NCBI GenBank assembly: GCA_024704765.1
Contig: JAKMXF010000298.1
Location: 186,001 to 250,000 of the forward strand
Length of the DNA stretch: 64,000 nucleotides
Reading direction: 5' to 3'
From: Oopsacas minuta
Taxonomy: Eukaryota; Animalia; Porifera
Part shown: positions 1-12,344 of the stretch, one piece after another
Numbering within the stretch: the first letter of the stretch is position 1
How the letters are laid out: every line of letters begins with the position of its first letter
Notes under the pieces: model-generated
Seen by the model: only the letters and a program-made list of their open reading frames with translations
Told to the model about the DNA's origin: nothing
Databases searched by the model: none
Position numbers and translations under genes: made by a program

Positions 1-1146
1 TCCACTGGCTCTCTCACACGCTCTTTATGCTGTTTGGTTTGTAAATGGAATTACGTTGGATTTCAGGCGGATGATTTGCAATTGGGTTGGTCAGATTCAT
101 TTCTGTCATCAATTGGATTATCTGAGCTAATTGACGGTAATTATTGTAAAATAGGTAACACTGTGTTTCCTCCTGGTAAATGTATTGGTGGTTTGAATGC
201 TCAGAGTGCCAAAGATCTTGGCTTGAAGCTAGGTACACCAGTAGCTACTTCAATGATTGATGCACATGCTGGTGGGATCGGAATGATAGGCCCTGAGTTA
301 CCAGTGGAATTTGCTTGTAGTTATAAAAATGATATTTGTAGGAGGATGGCGTTGATTTGTGGCACTTCAACTTGTCATATGACAATATCTCGTCTCCCCG
401 TATACACTCAAGGAATATGGGGGCCGTATTATTCTGCTATGGTTCCTGGTTTCCATTTGAACGAGGCTGGTCAGAGTGCTGCTGGAAAACTTATTGATTT
501 TGTTATTGAAACGCATCCGTCTTACAAAGAACTCGCTACACTTGCAGACGATAACAAACACACTGTATATGCTGAACTTGAAAATATACTTGTCAAGTTA
601 GCAAATAAGTTGAATATTTCGCAAATATCGCTACTCACCAAAAATTTCCATGTTCTACCGGATTTCCACGGCAACAGATCACCGCTCGCAAGACCGGAAA
701 TGACAGGAATGATATGCGGGCTAACACTCAATAATAACCTGGAAAACTTGGCGATAATATACCTAGCAACTATACAGGGCCTCGCTTACAGTAGCAGGCA
801 TATTGTAGACAAACTAATTGAGAGTGGATACGAGATAGATTTTGTATTTATGTGTGGTGGCTTAATACATAACAAATTGTACGTACAATCACATGCCGAC
901 ATTCTAAACAAAATCGTGCTTATCAACAATGAAGAAGAAGCAGTGCTAATGGGGAGTTGCCTATTAGCAACAATAGCAGCTGGGGATACAGAGAATATCG
1001 AGGAAGCTATGCGAAAATTAATATCTGTAAAGACTATAGTGAACCCTGAACCTACAACATTAGGTTACCATAAGCAGAAATATAATGTGTATTTGAGTAT
1101 GAGTCAATCTCAATTGAATTATATTGAGATGATGCAAGATGTTTGA
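1..1146 (+). CDS. FGGY: FGGY carbohydrate kinase domain protein (5'-truncated by window edge)
   Basis: Frame is open from base 1 (STGSLTRSLCCLVCKWNY) to TGA at 1146. Contains FGGY-family motifs MIDAHAGG, ICGTSTCH, GIWGPY, NEAGQSAAG and PDFHGNRSPLA. Confidence 0.93.
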   Translation, partial: STGSLTRSLCCLVCKWNYVGFQADDLQLGWSDSFLSSIGLSELIDGNYCKIGNTVFPPGKCIGGLNAQSAKDLGLKLGTPVATSMIDAHAGGIGMIGPELPVEFACSYKNDICRRMALICGTSTCHMTISRLPVYTQGIWGPYYSAMVPGFHLNEAGQSAAGKLIDFVIETHPSYKELATLADDNKHTVYAELENILVKLANKLNISQISLLTKNFHVLPDFHGNRSPLARPEMTGMICGLTLNNNLENLAIIYLATIQGLAYSSRHIVDKLIESGYEIDFVFMCGGLIHNKLYVQSHADILNKIVLINNEEEAVLMGSCLLATIAAGDTENIEEAMRKLISVKTIVNPEPTTLGYHKQKYNVYLSMSQSQLNYIEMMQDV

Positions 1147-1446
1147 ATTTTGTTGTTGTTTACTAAAATCCACAATATATTTCCAATTTCTATTAATAAT
1201 ACACCTTGAAAGTATTGAAACCAATAACCACTGAAGGTATTAAAAATGGCAAAGTTCGATTATATTGCTATAATTATAATGTTCAGAGACCTTAGATCAG
1301 TCTCTGCCGAGTAATTTCTCCGAATTTATAATATCTTTCAATTTTTCTGCGAATCATTTTGCTCCCCAGACCTGCTCCGTGTTCATTACTATATAATTGT
1401 AAAGTGAATGTAAATACGATATTACCTTTCTAGTTTGCTATCAATA

Positions 1447-4400
1447 ATGGTTAGTGAAAGGAAAAGATTCAATAGTATCGATCAGTTAGCTTTTTCTAGA
1501 CAACATGTAAAGACATCCAAGAGCGTTGAAGATCTTACAACTATTTCTGGTGAGTGTATATTTGTATAATTATGTGAATTTTTTTCTAATTTATTCCAAA
1601 TAATTTTTGTTCAGACATATCTCCCGTAAATCTTCTTCCACCCAAACCTCCAAAACCTCACAAACCATCTCATCTCTCACAGCCTATTTCTCCAATTTTC
1701 AGAAATACAACTATATCATGTTCAGACTCAACAGGTACATTCATTGACATTCCTTTTGACAGATTTAGTAACCAACGTAAGAGCGAGCCTATTGTTCCAA
1801 CATTAAGCATTATAAATAAAGTAGAACCTGCAAAACCTCCAACGCGGCCTCCTAAGCCTCACAAGCCTGTTTTCATCCCCAGAATATCTGTAATAGACAC
1901 TACAGACTCATCTAAATGCTTGAAGCGAGCAGCTAGCTCTCCTAGTAGAAGAAGAGCTAACTATTCTAACTTTACTCTTGGTGAAGAAGATATAACAGAG
2001 GTAAGTATCTAACACCCCAGCACAGTGTACTATAGGAATGACGAATTGTTCTGAGACATAATTCTTCGGGAAGAGGACACTCTGAACTACCTTTTTGCAA
2101 TTTTGAGCAAATAAAACAGATTTATTGGTTTTGAGATGTGACCCTTTGTAGTGTAATAAGTATTTATTATATTATATTACTGATCTATTATTTGCCTGAA
2201 ACCTGTGTACGTACATACAATAATAAAAAAAAAAACTGTCTTTAGATAAAGATACATGACAAAGAATTGAGTGATTTCGCTTCACACATCCAGAATATGC
2301 TTGAGAAAGCAAGCAAAGAGAGACGTATTTCAGATGTAGCTACATTTGCTAACGAGCTGTTATCAGCTCCGATACTAACAGAGGAACATTTAGCTCTACA
2401 ACACAGCCAAAAACTAAAGTTATTCAGCCTAATGGTCTTGACAATAGAACCCAATACAGAAATCAGCTCTTTTGGATTTGATATAGATCTTTCTAACAAA
2501 GCAGTACACGTTTTGGTCGAGAAAAATACATCTTTTCCAAAGACGAAATCTTCGCCAACTTTGATAAATGTAATCTTGAAATCAAATGCTAAAGATTTGA
2601 TATCAATCTTCTTACAAACTGTAGATAGTGATTATGATAGAAATGAAAGTGATGATTATCTATTGAGGATATCTGGTACTCAGTTTTACCTTAAAAACAC
2701 AAAACTACCTCTTCATAGGTAAGTTTAGTAAAGTCTGGTTATACGTTGTTATGACGAGAATGGTGGTCCTTATATGCTTATTAGTTTCTTAACCATGGAT
2801 AGTGGATTTGATTTTCTTAAATTTACAGGTTTCAGTATATTCGCTATTGTCTGAGAAGGCGAGAAGCTCCGCGTTTTATGCTAGAACATGTACCTCGCTT
2901 ATATACAGAGTTTTGTAATACTATATACGAGGAAATTGATATAATCTCTAATGAGAAGTTCTTTGAAAATGCCTTCACTGATATTCTAAAAGAGTCATGT
3001 CCAGAATTGCTCTACTATCAACTCTTACAAGTACCAGTTGTCTATAAGACTCTCCTGGATAATCTGGAGATGATGAGAGAGAGCAAGGTTGAGGGTAAAG
3101 AATGGATGCATATTGGAAAACTTAAACATTTAGAACAAACTATTAAGTTATTAACTCTACAGATGGGTAAATTCAATTCATTTCTATTAGAAAATTCTCT
3201 CAATCAAATTTTCAAACTGCATTCTAGGTATGTTTCACAATTTGACTGGAATTTCTTTTTTACTATATTTTTCTTGATTTCTCACATTTGTTTTCATAAT
3301 AGTATATTTTATGTAAGCGGCTCCTACCTGTGTCAATCTCCCCTTGAAAACGGTTGGGGAGCGCAACTTCATGTGACGAAAATTATCTAATTTCTCATTT
3401 AGACATAAAAACTCAGGCTTAGACGCTAAAACCAAACAAACAATTGCAAATGAAATTCAGACCATAATCCTTGAGGTAGAAGATCAAGTAATCATGCATA
3501 TACAAGCATACTCCCTTTTGACTAAAATTCCTATTTCTCTTGGTTCAAACAAGAGTATTGAACAGGTATCACAGACAAGAACTTATCAACCTAACTTCCC
3601 ACGAAATAAGAACTCTAATCTTCACGTATGGATTGGAGGTATACACCGTATCCTGGATCATCAACCAACTAGACCGAAGCTGTACTATCTAGAAGCAGTG
3701 TTGATGTGTGGTGGAAATGAATTTTTAACTCCAGTGAGTTTTATCTCAGTCAAATCTCGTTAGATTGATATTTAGTATACATCGGTTATATCGAAGAATT
3801 ATCGTGGCTCTTGAGCTTGGGCATAACGGGAGTTAACTCTATACCTAGAAGTTATGATTAAATTATAATTATCCATTTTTCTATAGACTCGCTCAAGTTA
3901 TTGTCGATGTAATCCAGGCAGATTCTTCACATACATTCACTGTAATCTCAGTCTAGACTTAGGCGTTAATTTATACCAGATACCCAGAGAATGTTATCTC
4001 CGTATCTCTCTACACTCACAGCTTGAGACTGATGATTCATTCATCAACGCATCATTGAAAGCAACAGGGTATACACCTATATTCTGTACAAACGGAACTG
4101 TTAACAAACATTATGCGTATATACCATTAGCTGAAGATAAGGCAGATTTTCCTTGTGATTATTTAGCTCTTAATCATACTGAGAACAACTTAATGTTGTT
4201 AGAAATTCAGTTACAGAATATTCCTAAAAATTCATGGGATAGTCTACATCAGGAATTGACTGTAATTCCAGAAATATCTAACTCTAATTTAAATACGAGT
4301 ATTGATTCTGAATACTGTACACTTGGATCTTCCTTCAACACTCTGGGTAAGTTTATATTATACAGGAAACCTCCACTAAAGGGGAAACTGGGACCCTGTC

Positions 4401-7400
4401 ACCCCGTTTATGGAGTTTACACTGTAATTAAATTTATAATGGTGGTTTGTAACCATGGATAGAGTATTTTCTCATTGTCTGCTCCAATACTTCGCATAGG
4501 CTCCTCCAGCAGTATTTCATTTGGTACCAGCACAGCAAGCAGTCTCAGTACAAGTGCTGTATCAGAAGATTCCTGGAAATCTGCTCCTTCCTACAGTAGC
4601 AGAACTGTATCTATGTTTAATAATGCTGAACTCACTCAACACGAAGAGAAATACGTCACTCAGTTAATTCATAAAGATATATTCCAGAATCTGAGTAGAT
4701 ATGATAGGAAACTTATTTGGAGTCAGCGATTAAGGAATACTTATCCACACAACTTAACAACCTTGTCATTAATATGTCAATCAATGCCATACTGTGATTA
4801 TCAAGCCAGGAGAGAATTGACTTATTTCCTGAAGGATTGGCCACAGGAAAGGAGCCCTGGTTTATTACAAGGTCTGCACCCTTCTATTTGGCAAGCTGAG
4901 GTAAGTCTCTATCATATATCATTTAATTTATTCGGAAATAAGACCATTTATAATTTTCTAAATTTTAAGTGATACATGTCCCCTACAGAGGTTTATCCGG
5001 GAATTTCTGGGATAGTTAGCACTTTATGTCCTTCATGACTGCTGAACTGACCCTTTAGATGTCCGCCAAGCACCTAAATAAACCCATGTCCTCGTGTAAG
5101 CACCCTATGTTATATATTTCTCATATTTCCAGGCTAGAAATTGGATCATCGACAACATCTCAAAACTTGAAACAGAAACATTATGCTTAATGGCTCCACA
5201 GCTATTATACGCTGTACACTATGAGCCTTATCACTGGAATAGACTTGTTGAATTACTATTAGAGAAATGTCAATCTTCTCTAAGCTTTGCTCATACGCTA
5301 TTCTGGATATTGTCTTGTTCTATTCAATTGGATGGCGTAAAGGGAAATATCAAAATGAGGTTATTATTAATCAAATCGGCTATATTAGGGCTTTTGAATC
5401 ACAATGATAGAAGCGATCTATTGAGTCAAGAAACTTTATCTTCTTGTTTGAGTGAATTAGCTGAAGAAGTTAAGAATTCTAAGGAAGAATTACGTAAGAT
5501 TGTTCTGAAAGAAGGGCTCCTTGAAATATTGAAAAAGTTAGTTATAATGCATTCTAAGAATTTCTCCGTTTCCACAGGCCCGCTGTGGAGGTTTTATTGT
5601 AATATATTCAATATTATTCATGTAGAATGCCAGAGAAATTCAGTCTACCTGTAAATGCAGCAAGTTGCACTACTGGATTCAAGATAGCTCGTTGTAACTA
5701 TTTCAATAGTAACGCAGTACCACTCAGACTAAGTTTTATAAATTCAGATTCTTTGGGAGAAGATATAACATTGATGTTTAAGAAAGGAGACGATTTACGA
5801 CAAGATATGCTAGTGTTGCAAATCGTTAATATGATGGATAATCTATGGCAGAGCTATGGACTTGATTTGAATGTGTTAACATTCGCATGTAAACCTACTG
5901 GAAAAGATTCAGGATTTATTGAATTGGTTAAAGAATGCGAAACTTTTCGCGAAATACAGACACAAGTAAGTTTGAAATTTTTTGAATTCTGAAACTGGAA
6001 AATTCTGAAAAATTTGTTAAAATTTGTAAATTTTCTATGTTTTCCTATTGCAAAAATATTATAGGTTGGACAAGGCTTAATGGGTAGCGTGGCAGTAGCT
6101 CCGTTAGCTCAATGGCTACACAGACACAACCCTACAGAAGAGCTATACAAGTTAGCAGTAGAGACGTTTACTCGTTCATGTGCTGCTTGGTGTGTTGCTT
6201 CATATGTGTTAGGATTATGTGACAGACATAATGATAATATTATGCTCACTAGACAAGGCCATATCTTTCATATAGACTTTGGTAAGTTATCTGACCTACC
6301 AAAACGTTTTCCTGGGACCTGTATTTTACAGAGCTGTATTATATGATAATTTCCAGGTAAAATACTTGGACACGCACAAATGTTCGGTAAGATAAAGAGA
6401 GACAGAGCACCTTTCGTTCTAACCCCAGACATGGCTTATGTAATTGACGGGTGTGAACATAGTACTGTGTTCTTCCAACGATTCATAGATCTTGCCTGCT
6501 ACGCATACAATATTCTAAGAGAACATATGAATGTATTTCTCGGTCTAATTATGTTAACTCTACCTGCTAAAATGGATGTACCTAACTCTATTGAAGACGT
6601 TAAGTAAGTATATTTTATAAAAAAACGAGAAATTGAAAGTTAATTTTTCCGAAATGTTAGGTTCGTACATGATCAGTTACTGCCACTGGCAAGTAATGAT
6701 GAAGCAACAACTCATTTCACACGACTTATACGCGAAAGTAGAGCCTCACTTTCTACGAGATTGAACTTTTTCGTTCATAGTGTAGCTCAGCTTCGTAGCG
6801 GTAAATCTACTAGCAATACTCCGTTACTATCCTTTATTCTTGGGAATTATTCTAAACAGACAGAACCTGAAATTGTTAATATAAAAATGAAATCTTTTCA
6901 GAAAAGATATCATCCTGAAAAGTACTATTCATACATTCTAGAAGTAAGTTTCGATTTGTTTGTTAGTTTGTTAGTTTGTTTACTTTGTTTGTTTGTTTGT
7001 TTGTTATATTTTTAGGTTACAAAACAAATAAAGACTGATATGAGACAATTCAGTAGATCAGTTGAGTTATGTGCAAGTTTTGATCAAGATGGAAGGAATA
7101 AAGAAATAATCTTTCGCCGTTTCAAAGAGTTTCACGAGTTACACACAAAGTTACAAGAGACATTCCTCGAAGCTCCGTTACCAACTTTACCAGCTAAAAT
7201 TATATTAGGGAGGAGTTCTGTTAAAACTGTAGCTCAAACGAGGTTTAACGAATTAACACGGTTAGTTTATTATTGGCCACTTATTGACCCACGGACGACA
7301 ACAGGGGGTCCTCAGGATCTCAAAATTTGTATTGTAGTATAGGATGGGTCCATAGAAGTTGGGATATGGGACTGCTGCCCTAGGGGTTGCTGTTCTTCGA

Positions 7401-7997
7401 ATTTTTACATTGGATTCTTACAGGTATATTGAAGAACTATTAGCACTGCCTCCAAGAATATCACATTGTGATTTAATATATACTTTCTTCCATGGAACCT
7501 TACGTGACCGACAAGATTACGTATTCTACAGTACGACACATCCCTGCTCCTCACCGTTAACCAATTCTTCTGATTGCACGAAAACTCCACAAGCAAAACT
7601 CTGTATAACTCATTTTAAAGATAGAGGTCTGTTAAGTGTAATGGTAATGCATGTTAGGCATCTATCTGGTGCTAATATTACCATGATAAATGCTTCATTA
7701 CTACCTACGACAAAGGTAAAGTTAAAATTACAATTGAAAAACGGTGCAAATATTAAACGAAAAACACATTCAGTATCAAATTCGCCTGACCCAACTTTCA
7801 ATGAATCTTTCACGTTTAACACACAAGACTCTGATATAACTTCAATTATATTGAATGTATCTGTAAAAGAAATGAATTTAGGGAATATTATCTGTTGTAC
7901 AAATATTCATATTAGCGACCTTAATTTTACTCCCAAAACTTGTGTAAGATGGTTTGAGCTTGAAGTACTTGAGAAGGGTGAGCTATTTTTTAAATGA
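1447..7997 (+). CDS. PIK3C2A: Class II phosphatidylinositol 3-kinase (Pro-rich N-terminus, RBD, C2, helical, kinase, PX, C2); about 14 exons
   Basis: Kinase motifs [32 protein letters not shown] and KRDRAPF; PX ([10 protein letters not shown]) and C-terminal C2 domains define class II. Inferred exons: 1447-1549, 1615-2000, 2246-2718, 2829-3227, 3403-3733, 3887-4346, 4500-4900, 5133-5536, 5626-5965, 6065-6281, 6357-6603, 6661-6943, 7016-7260, 7414-7997. The vertebrate paralogue label (alpha) is nominal. Confidence 0.92.
3776..3843. mobile_element. MITE family A fragment in a PI3K intron
   Basis: GGTTATATCGAAG..GTGGCTCTTGAGCTT..ACGGGAGTTAACTCTATA matches the right part of the 14729 copy. Confidence 0.62.
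4361..4426. mobile_element. Very short TA-flanked MITE, family D
   Basis: TACAGGAAACCTCCACTAAAGGGG / CCCCGTTTATGGAGTTTACACTGTA form imperfect inverted termini; a related end lies at 8336-8358. Confidence 0.62.
6953..7005. repeat. Imperfect (TTTG)n simple repeat in a PI3K intron
   Basis: TTTGTTTGTTAGTTTGTTAGTTTGTTTACTTTGTTTGTTTGTTTGTTTGTT. Confidence 0.85.
7288..7377. mobile_element. MITE family C (hAT/Charlie-like) in a PI3K intron
   Basis: Core CGGACGACA..GGGGTCC.CAGGATCTCAAAATTTGTATTGTAGT is shared with 10462-10560. Confidence 0.7.
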
Positions 7998-8255
7998 TAC
8001 GTATACGCATATGTATATGCATACATCATATTTATTTGTATATATTTGTTTGTAAACGCATGCATGTTTATTTTATACGGATTTTAACATTTTATTATTG
8101 TTAAATATGTGTAATTATCGCTATTTATATGACTGTTTAATTATTTCACAGTCTTCAGATTATGATCGTTCTAGAGAGATTATTTCTTTTTGATGAGTAG
8201 GGGAAACTTCTGGGAGTGTAGTGAAATAAAATTGGGCGAAATCCTAGTCCCATAC

Positions 8256-8358
8256 GAATAGACCTCCACAAAAGGGCAATTTGCCGGAAACATGAGGAGG
8301 GGTAACATGTCTTGGCGTTCTTGGCAGGCTGGCACCCCCGTTTGTGGAGGTTACACTG
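8256..8358. mobile_element. MITE family D copy in the PI3K-MSP spacer
   Basis: ACCTCCACAAAAGGG ... CCCCGTTTGTGGAGGTTACACTG. Confidence 0.6.
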
Positions 8359-8416
8359 CATGTTGTTCCTCTCAAAATTAAATTATTTTAAGATTTATCC
8401 CGCTTCATAGTAAAGT

Positions 8417-9367
8417 ATGGCTGCTGAATGTGTGTTATCAATTTCGCCTGATGTTCTAAACTTCCCAGGATCTTACACACAAAATACATCTACAGAAATC
8501 ACATTGGCTAACACTTCGTTTAAGTCAGTGTACTTTAAGTTTAGTGTAAATCTGGCTAAAGGACATTGTCTTATACCTGCTCGAGGTGTTCTGCTACCAC
8601 ATGAATCTTGTCAAGTGAAAATAATGCTTGAAGCGTTCAAGGAAGAATCTATTGCAATAAACACAAAGTTTAGATTAGAATACTTGCAGAAAAATGATGA
8701 TTCTGTTATTGATAGTGTTGAGAATGTTTTCAAATGTTTCCCAGGCCGTAAACCTTTTCATTTGTTGAAATGTAATTTTGTCTGTACTAATCCCTTCGAG
8801 AATATTAGTAGTCATCAAGTTGAAACCTACGAAAATTTGCATAATCAAATAGGTATACTCCTTAAGGAAAATAGAGAATTGAAATGTCAAATTCAAAATT
8901 TGAATGCTATAGTCTTTCCTGCAAATGTTGAAAACTTCACTGACCCAATCGAGGGAATTGTTAACATTGAAAATCCATTCACGATAAATACGATTGCGGA
9001 AAGTATAAATAATTCCTTCCTAAAATTGGTGGATAAAATCAACCTGAAAAAGCATTCTATCTTGCTAGAAATTCAAAAAATACGAGAAAAGCATAAATCT
9101 GAGCTACAAACCCACACAAGCAAACTAATCCAATATAAAGAACAATTGAACAAGCATTGCAGCTACATTTCTAACGTACACGAAAACGTGGAACTTCAGG
9201 TTCTCGAAGATGTACACAAATTCTATACAAAGCGAGTAGACGAGCTCTCCCAAACAACTATTCCTGAACCAAAGTTATATTTTCGCATTCAAATGCAACC
9301 GATTGAAACAGCTTTTGATGTAAATATCCAATTTGGAGTTGAGGACTGTGAGACTCTTAAGAAATGA
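8417..9367 (+). CDS. MSP (major sperm protein / VAP-type) domain protein with C-terminal coiled coil and no transmembrane tail
   Basis: Single-exon 316 aa ORF. The N-terminus LSISPDVLNFPG..ITLANTSFKSVYFKF..LIPARGVLLPHESCQVKI fits the MSP-fold pattern. The C-terminal half is helical with heptad character. Confidence 0.7.
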   Translation: MAAECVLSISPDVLNFPGSYTQNTSTEITLANTSFKSVYFKFSVNLAKGHCLIPARGVLLPHESCQVKIMLEAFKEESIAINTKFRLEYLQKNDDSVIDSVENVFKCFPGRKPFHLLKCNFVCTNPFENISSHQVETYENLHNQIGILLKENRELKCQIQNLNAIVFPANVENFTDPIEGIVNIENPFTINTIAESINNSFLKLVDKINLKKHSILLEIQKIREKHKSELQTHTSKLIQYKEQLNKHCSYISNVHENVELQVLEDVHKFYTKRVDELSQTTIPEPKLYFRIQMQPIETAFDVNIQFGVEDCETLKK

Positions 9368-9443
9368 CTTGTGTGATACATAATTTTTGATATTTTCCTA
9401 GATTAATACGCAAGATTTTTGATAAATTTTGTTACAAATACTG

Positions 9444-9589
9444 TACAGTCTATAGGCGCTCAAGGGGCCGCTATATTTGCTTCGATATAACCGATGGAAT
9501 AAATATATGTTAGTTGACGGTTTGGGACCATATTTGCATAAATTCAGACTTCCATATATTACCGTATTTGATAACGGGAGTTGACTGTA
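9444..9589. mobile_element. MITE family A (Tc1/pogo-Tigger-like, TA-flanked)
   Basis: TACAGTC...GGGAGTTGACTGTA; shares GCTCAAGGGGCCGC and TTTGGGACCATATTTG..TTCAGACTT with the copy at 25278-25457. Confidence 0.8.
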
Positions 9590-9605
9590 TAGTATTTTAG
9601 CTTCT

Positions 9606-12209
9606 ATGTCTCATCCAAATTTACAATTAACGAAGAGCAGAGGATTACAAAGCTCATTGCCTCTGAATAAGAAGAGATCTACAGAGCTAACTCTTATAAC
9701 AACACCCAATCTTCTGGATCTACAGCTGAACCTTCCTGATCCTATAAATAGGCCAACATTCTCACTTGTGAGAGGTGTCAAAGTACCAACAACAAGTTCA
9801 TATTCTCAACCTAGCGTCACGTACTACCATCCTCCTACACAGCATCTCCCCAAGACACAACACCCTTCCAAACCACAAGTAAGTTGAACAACAATTATTC
9901 CTAGATTTGTAGATTTTAACACTTTTATACAGATGCCATTCCAAACACCCTTACCACACAGACAATACACTGCACCAGAACTTGGCAGTAGGAACAAGCT
10001 TCACATCGCGAATAATAACACACAAATACAAACACGTCCACACACACACCACCAGCTACAGAGAAATAGCATTATAAATACAGTACAGAGCTTAGATACA
10101 CCCAAAAACAGACCTGAAGAGAAAATATACAAACATACACGAGGTATATTCATATAATATGTTTATTAAAATTATTTATAATATTTGTATACACATAGAT
10201 GCAATGTTGTCAGAAAGCGCAGATTTTCCTGGTATACCTGTTATATACCGTTCAGATGAGATAAAGAGGTTATCTCCAGACAGACTTAATCTAGAAGGCA
10301 GACATCTAACTGTCATGCCTATATTTGAGAAGGAAGAACAGTTACGATTGCTTAACCTACAAATGAACATGATATCACGTATACAGCATATATCTTCATT
10401 GAAGAGTTTAATCTTCCTCGACTTATACGACAATCTAATTTCTGAGGTGCACCGTAAGAACCAGCAGTTCCCAACCTGGAGTCCATGAACCTGTGGGTGG
10501 TCCGCGGACGACAGTATGGGGTCCACATGATCTCAAATTTGTATTGTAGTCTATGGAACTAGTTTGACTAATATGTATCCCACCTATCTTTATAATATTT
10601 CCTTATTTAGATAACTGGACTAGATTCTCTGGTGTCTCTACGTGTACTAATGCTAGGCAAGAATCGTATTAGATTTATTTGTGGACTATCAAACCTCAAG
10701 AGATTGGATGTATTAGATTTACATGGAAACTTAATACAGGAAATCAAGAATCTGGACGAATTGCTAAATTTACGAGTTCTTAATCTTGCTGGAAATCAGC
10801 TTAGCATTGTGGATGGATTGGAGAAGTTAAAGAATTTAGATGAGCTTAATTTCCGTAGAAATAAGATTAGAAATGTGATAGGTTTGAATGAATTACCACT
10901 ATTACAGAGATTGTTTCTGGCTCACAATAATATCACAGATATTGATAACCTCAATAGCTTTATACAGTGTAATGCTCTACAGGTAATTACAAGTGTATTG
11001 AACACCGGCCAGTCAATTGACTGTATTCTTAGTTTTAAAGTATTTATTACCTTCAATTAGGATTTGACGCTTGATAACAATCCAATACAACACAGTGTTC
11101 TATACAGACCTGCTGTACTTCAAATATGTCCTACACTAAGACATCTGGATGGTATAGCTGTTGATGAAGAGGATAGGAAAACATTAATTACTGCTATGAA
11201 GAAGATTGAAGCTAAGAAAGATGAAGAGAATAGACAAGTTCTTATGAAGGCGAGAAGACAGCAAACTTTAGTATTTTTGAGAGAAAAATTCTTTTCTTTG
11301 CATCCTCAACTTAAGATTGATGATTATGGTATTGAGCAGGTAAATATTTCTAATTAAAGATGAATTAAAGTGGAAACAACAATGGAAACTGTTGCAGTGT
11401 ATTCCTGCAATTTGTTCAATTTCCCTTTTCCGAGCTGTTCTTAAATCTTAGTTTCCACTTTCCCATTTGTTTAGTAGAATATTGTTTATTAGTTGCATAC
11501 ATTTCGATATTTCCAGACAGAAGAGAGTAGTATTCCTCATCAAGAAGTAGCTGATTGTATATACGAAATATCTGGCGATAGCATCAGGTTCTACGGAGAA
11601 GCTAGTCTTGAGTATTTAGACAAAACTCATCCTCATGGAATAAAAGAAATAATATTCTTGTATATCGATTTTGATTCCTTTCTTCCTTATTTACAACGTC
11701 TGAGGGTAAAATTACCTGATGTTAGAAAGATAGAATTCTTCTACAATAATATTAATACCTTAAATCAGATTAATGCGTTGGGTTTCATTGGATTGGAAAT
11801 AAATGAATTGACCATTTCACCGGATGGAAACCCAGTCACTTTATGCAGTTTCTTCGCGAATTACGTCAAATTTCGTTTAAGACATTTGAGACTTAAAATA
11901 CTCAACGGGGAGCCAATTACTGAAGTAGAATTTCCACCAACTTTTTTGTTTAAACACGAGAAATATCCATCAGAAAATTCCTCAAATTTTCTCGATTATT
12001 GTACTGAGAATATTTCAGAATTTTATCCTAAACATTTGAAGGAAGCTAACAGAATTACTTTACAAACTAAAGATAATTCTATCAAGAGAAGGGTTAGAGA
12101 TATTTGGTTCTATGAGGTCTGGAGTGAAGTATTCAGTGAGGTAATACAAGATAATTTAAGAGAAATGCAGGATTTGGATAAATATACGAACAAATATTTA
12201 TCGCAATAA
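9606..12209 (+). CDS. LRRC49: Leucine-rich repeat-containing protein 49 (tubulin polyglutamylase complex subunit); multi-exon
   Basis: FPGIPVIYRS..DRLNLEGRHLTVMP..LRLLNLQMNMI..LIFLDLYDNLI..LRVLMLGKNRI..LDVLDLHGN matches LRRC49 as I recall it. The ORF-track pieces join through GT-AG introns (about 9878-9932, 10144-10198, 10447-10611, 10983-11060, 11340-11516). Confidence 0.88.
10462..10560. mobile_element. MITE family C in an LRRC49 intron
   Basis: Left end CAGCAGTTCCCAACCTGG (Charlie-type TIR) plus the GATCTCAAATTTGTATTG core. Confidence 0.72.
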
Positions 12210-12344
12210 GTTGTAAAAATGATCAGATATCACGAATATATTATTATCATAATTACCTAAATATTTTTATTTATTCGTTCTCCGCGAAAAATTACCAATT
12301 TATACATTCTTTCGCGAAATTCAGTTAGATAAATCAACAAATCC

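Noticed and set aside
7998-8035. Hairpin-like GTATACGCATATGTATATGCATAC after the PI3K stop (and a similar one at 62828-62851) as pre-miRNA
   Set aside because: The stems are short and arise from low-complexity purine-pyrimidine alternation.
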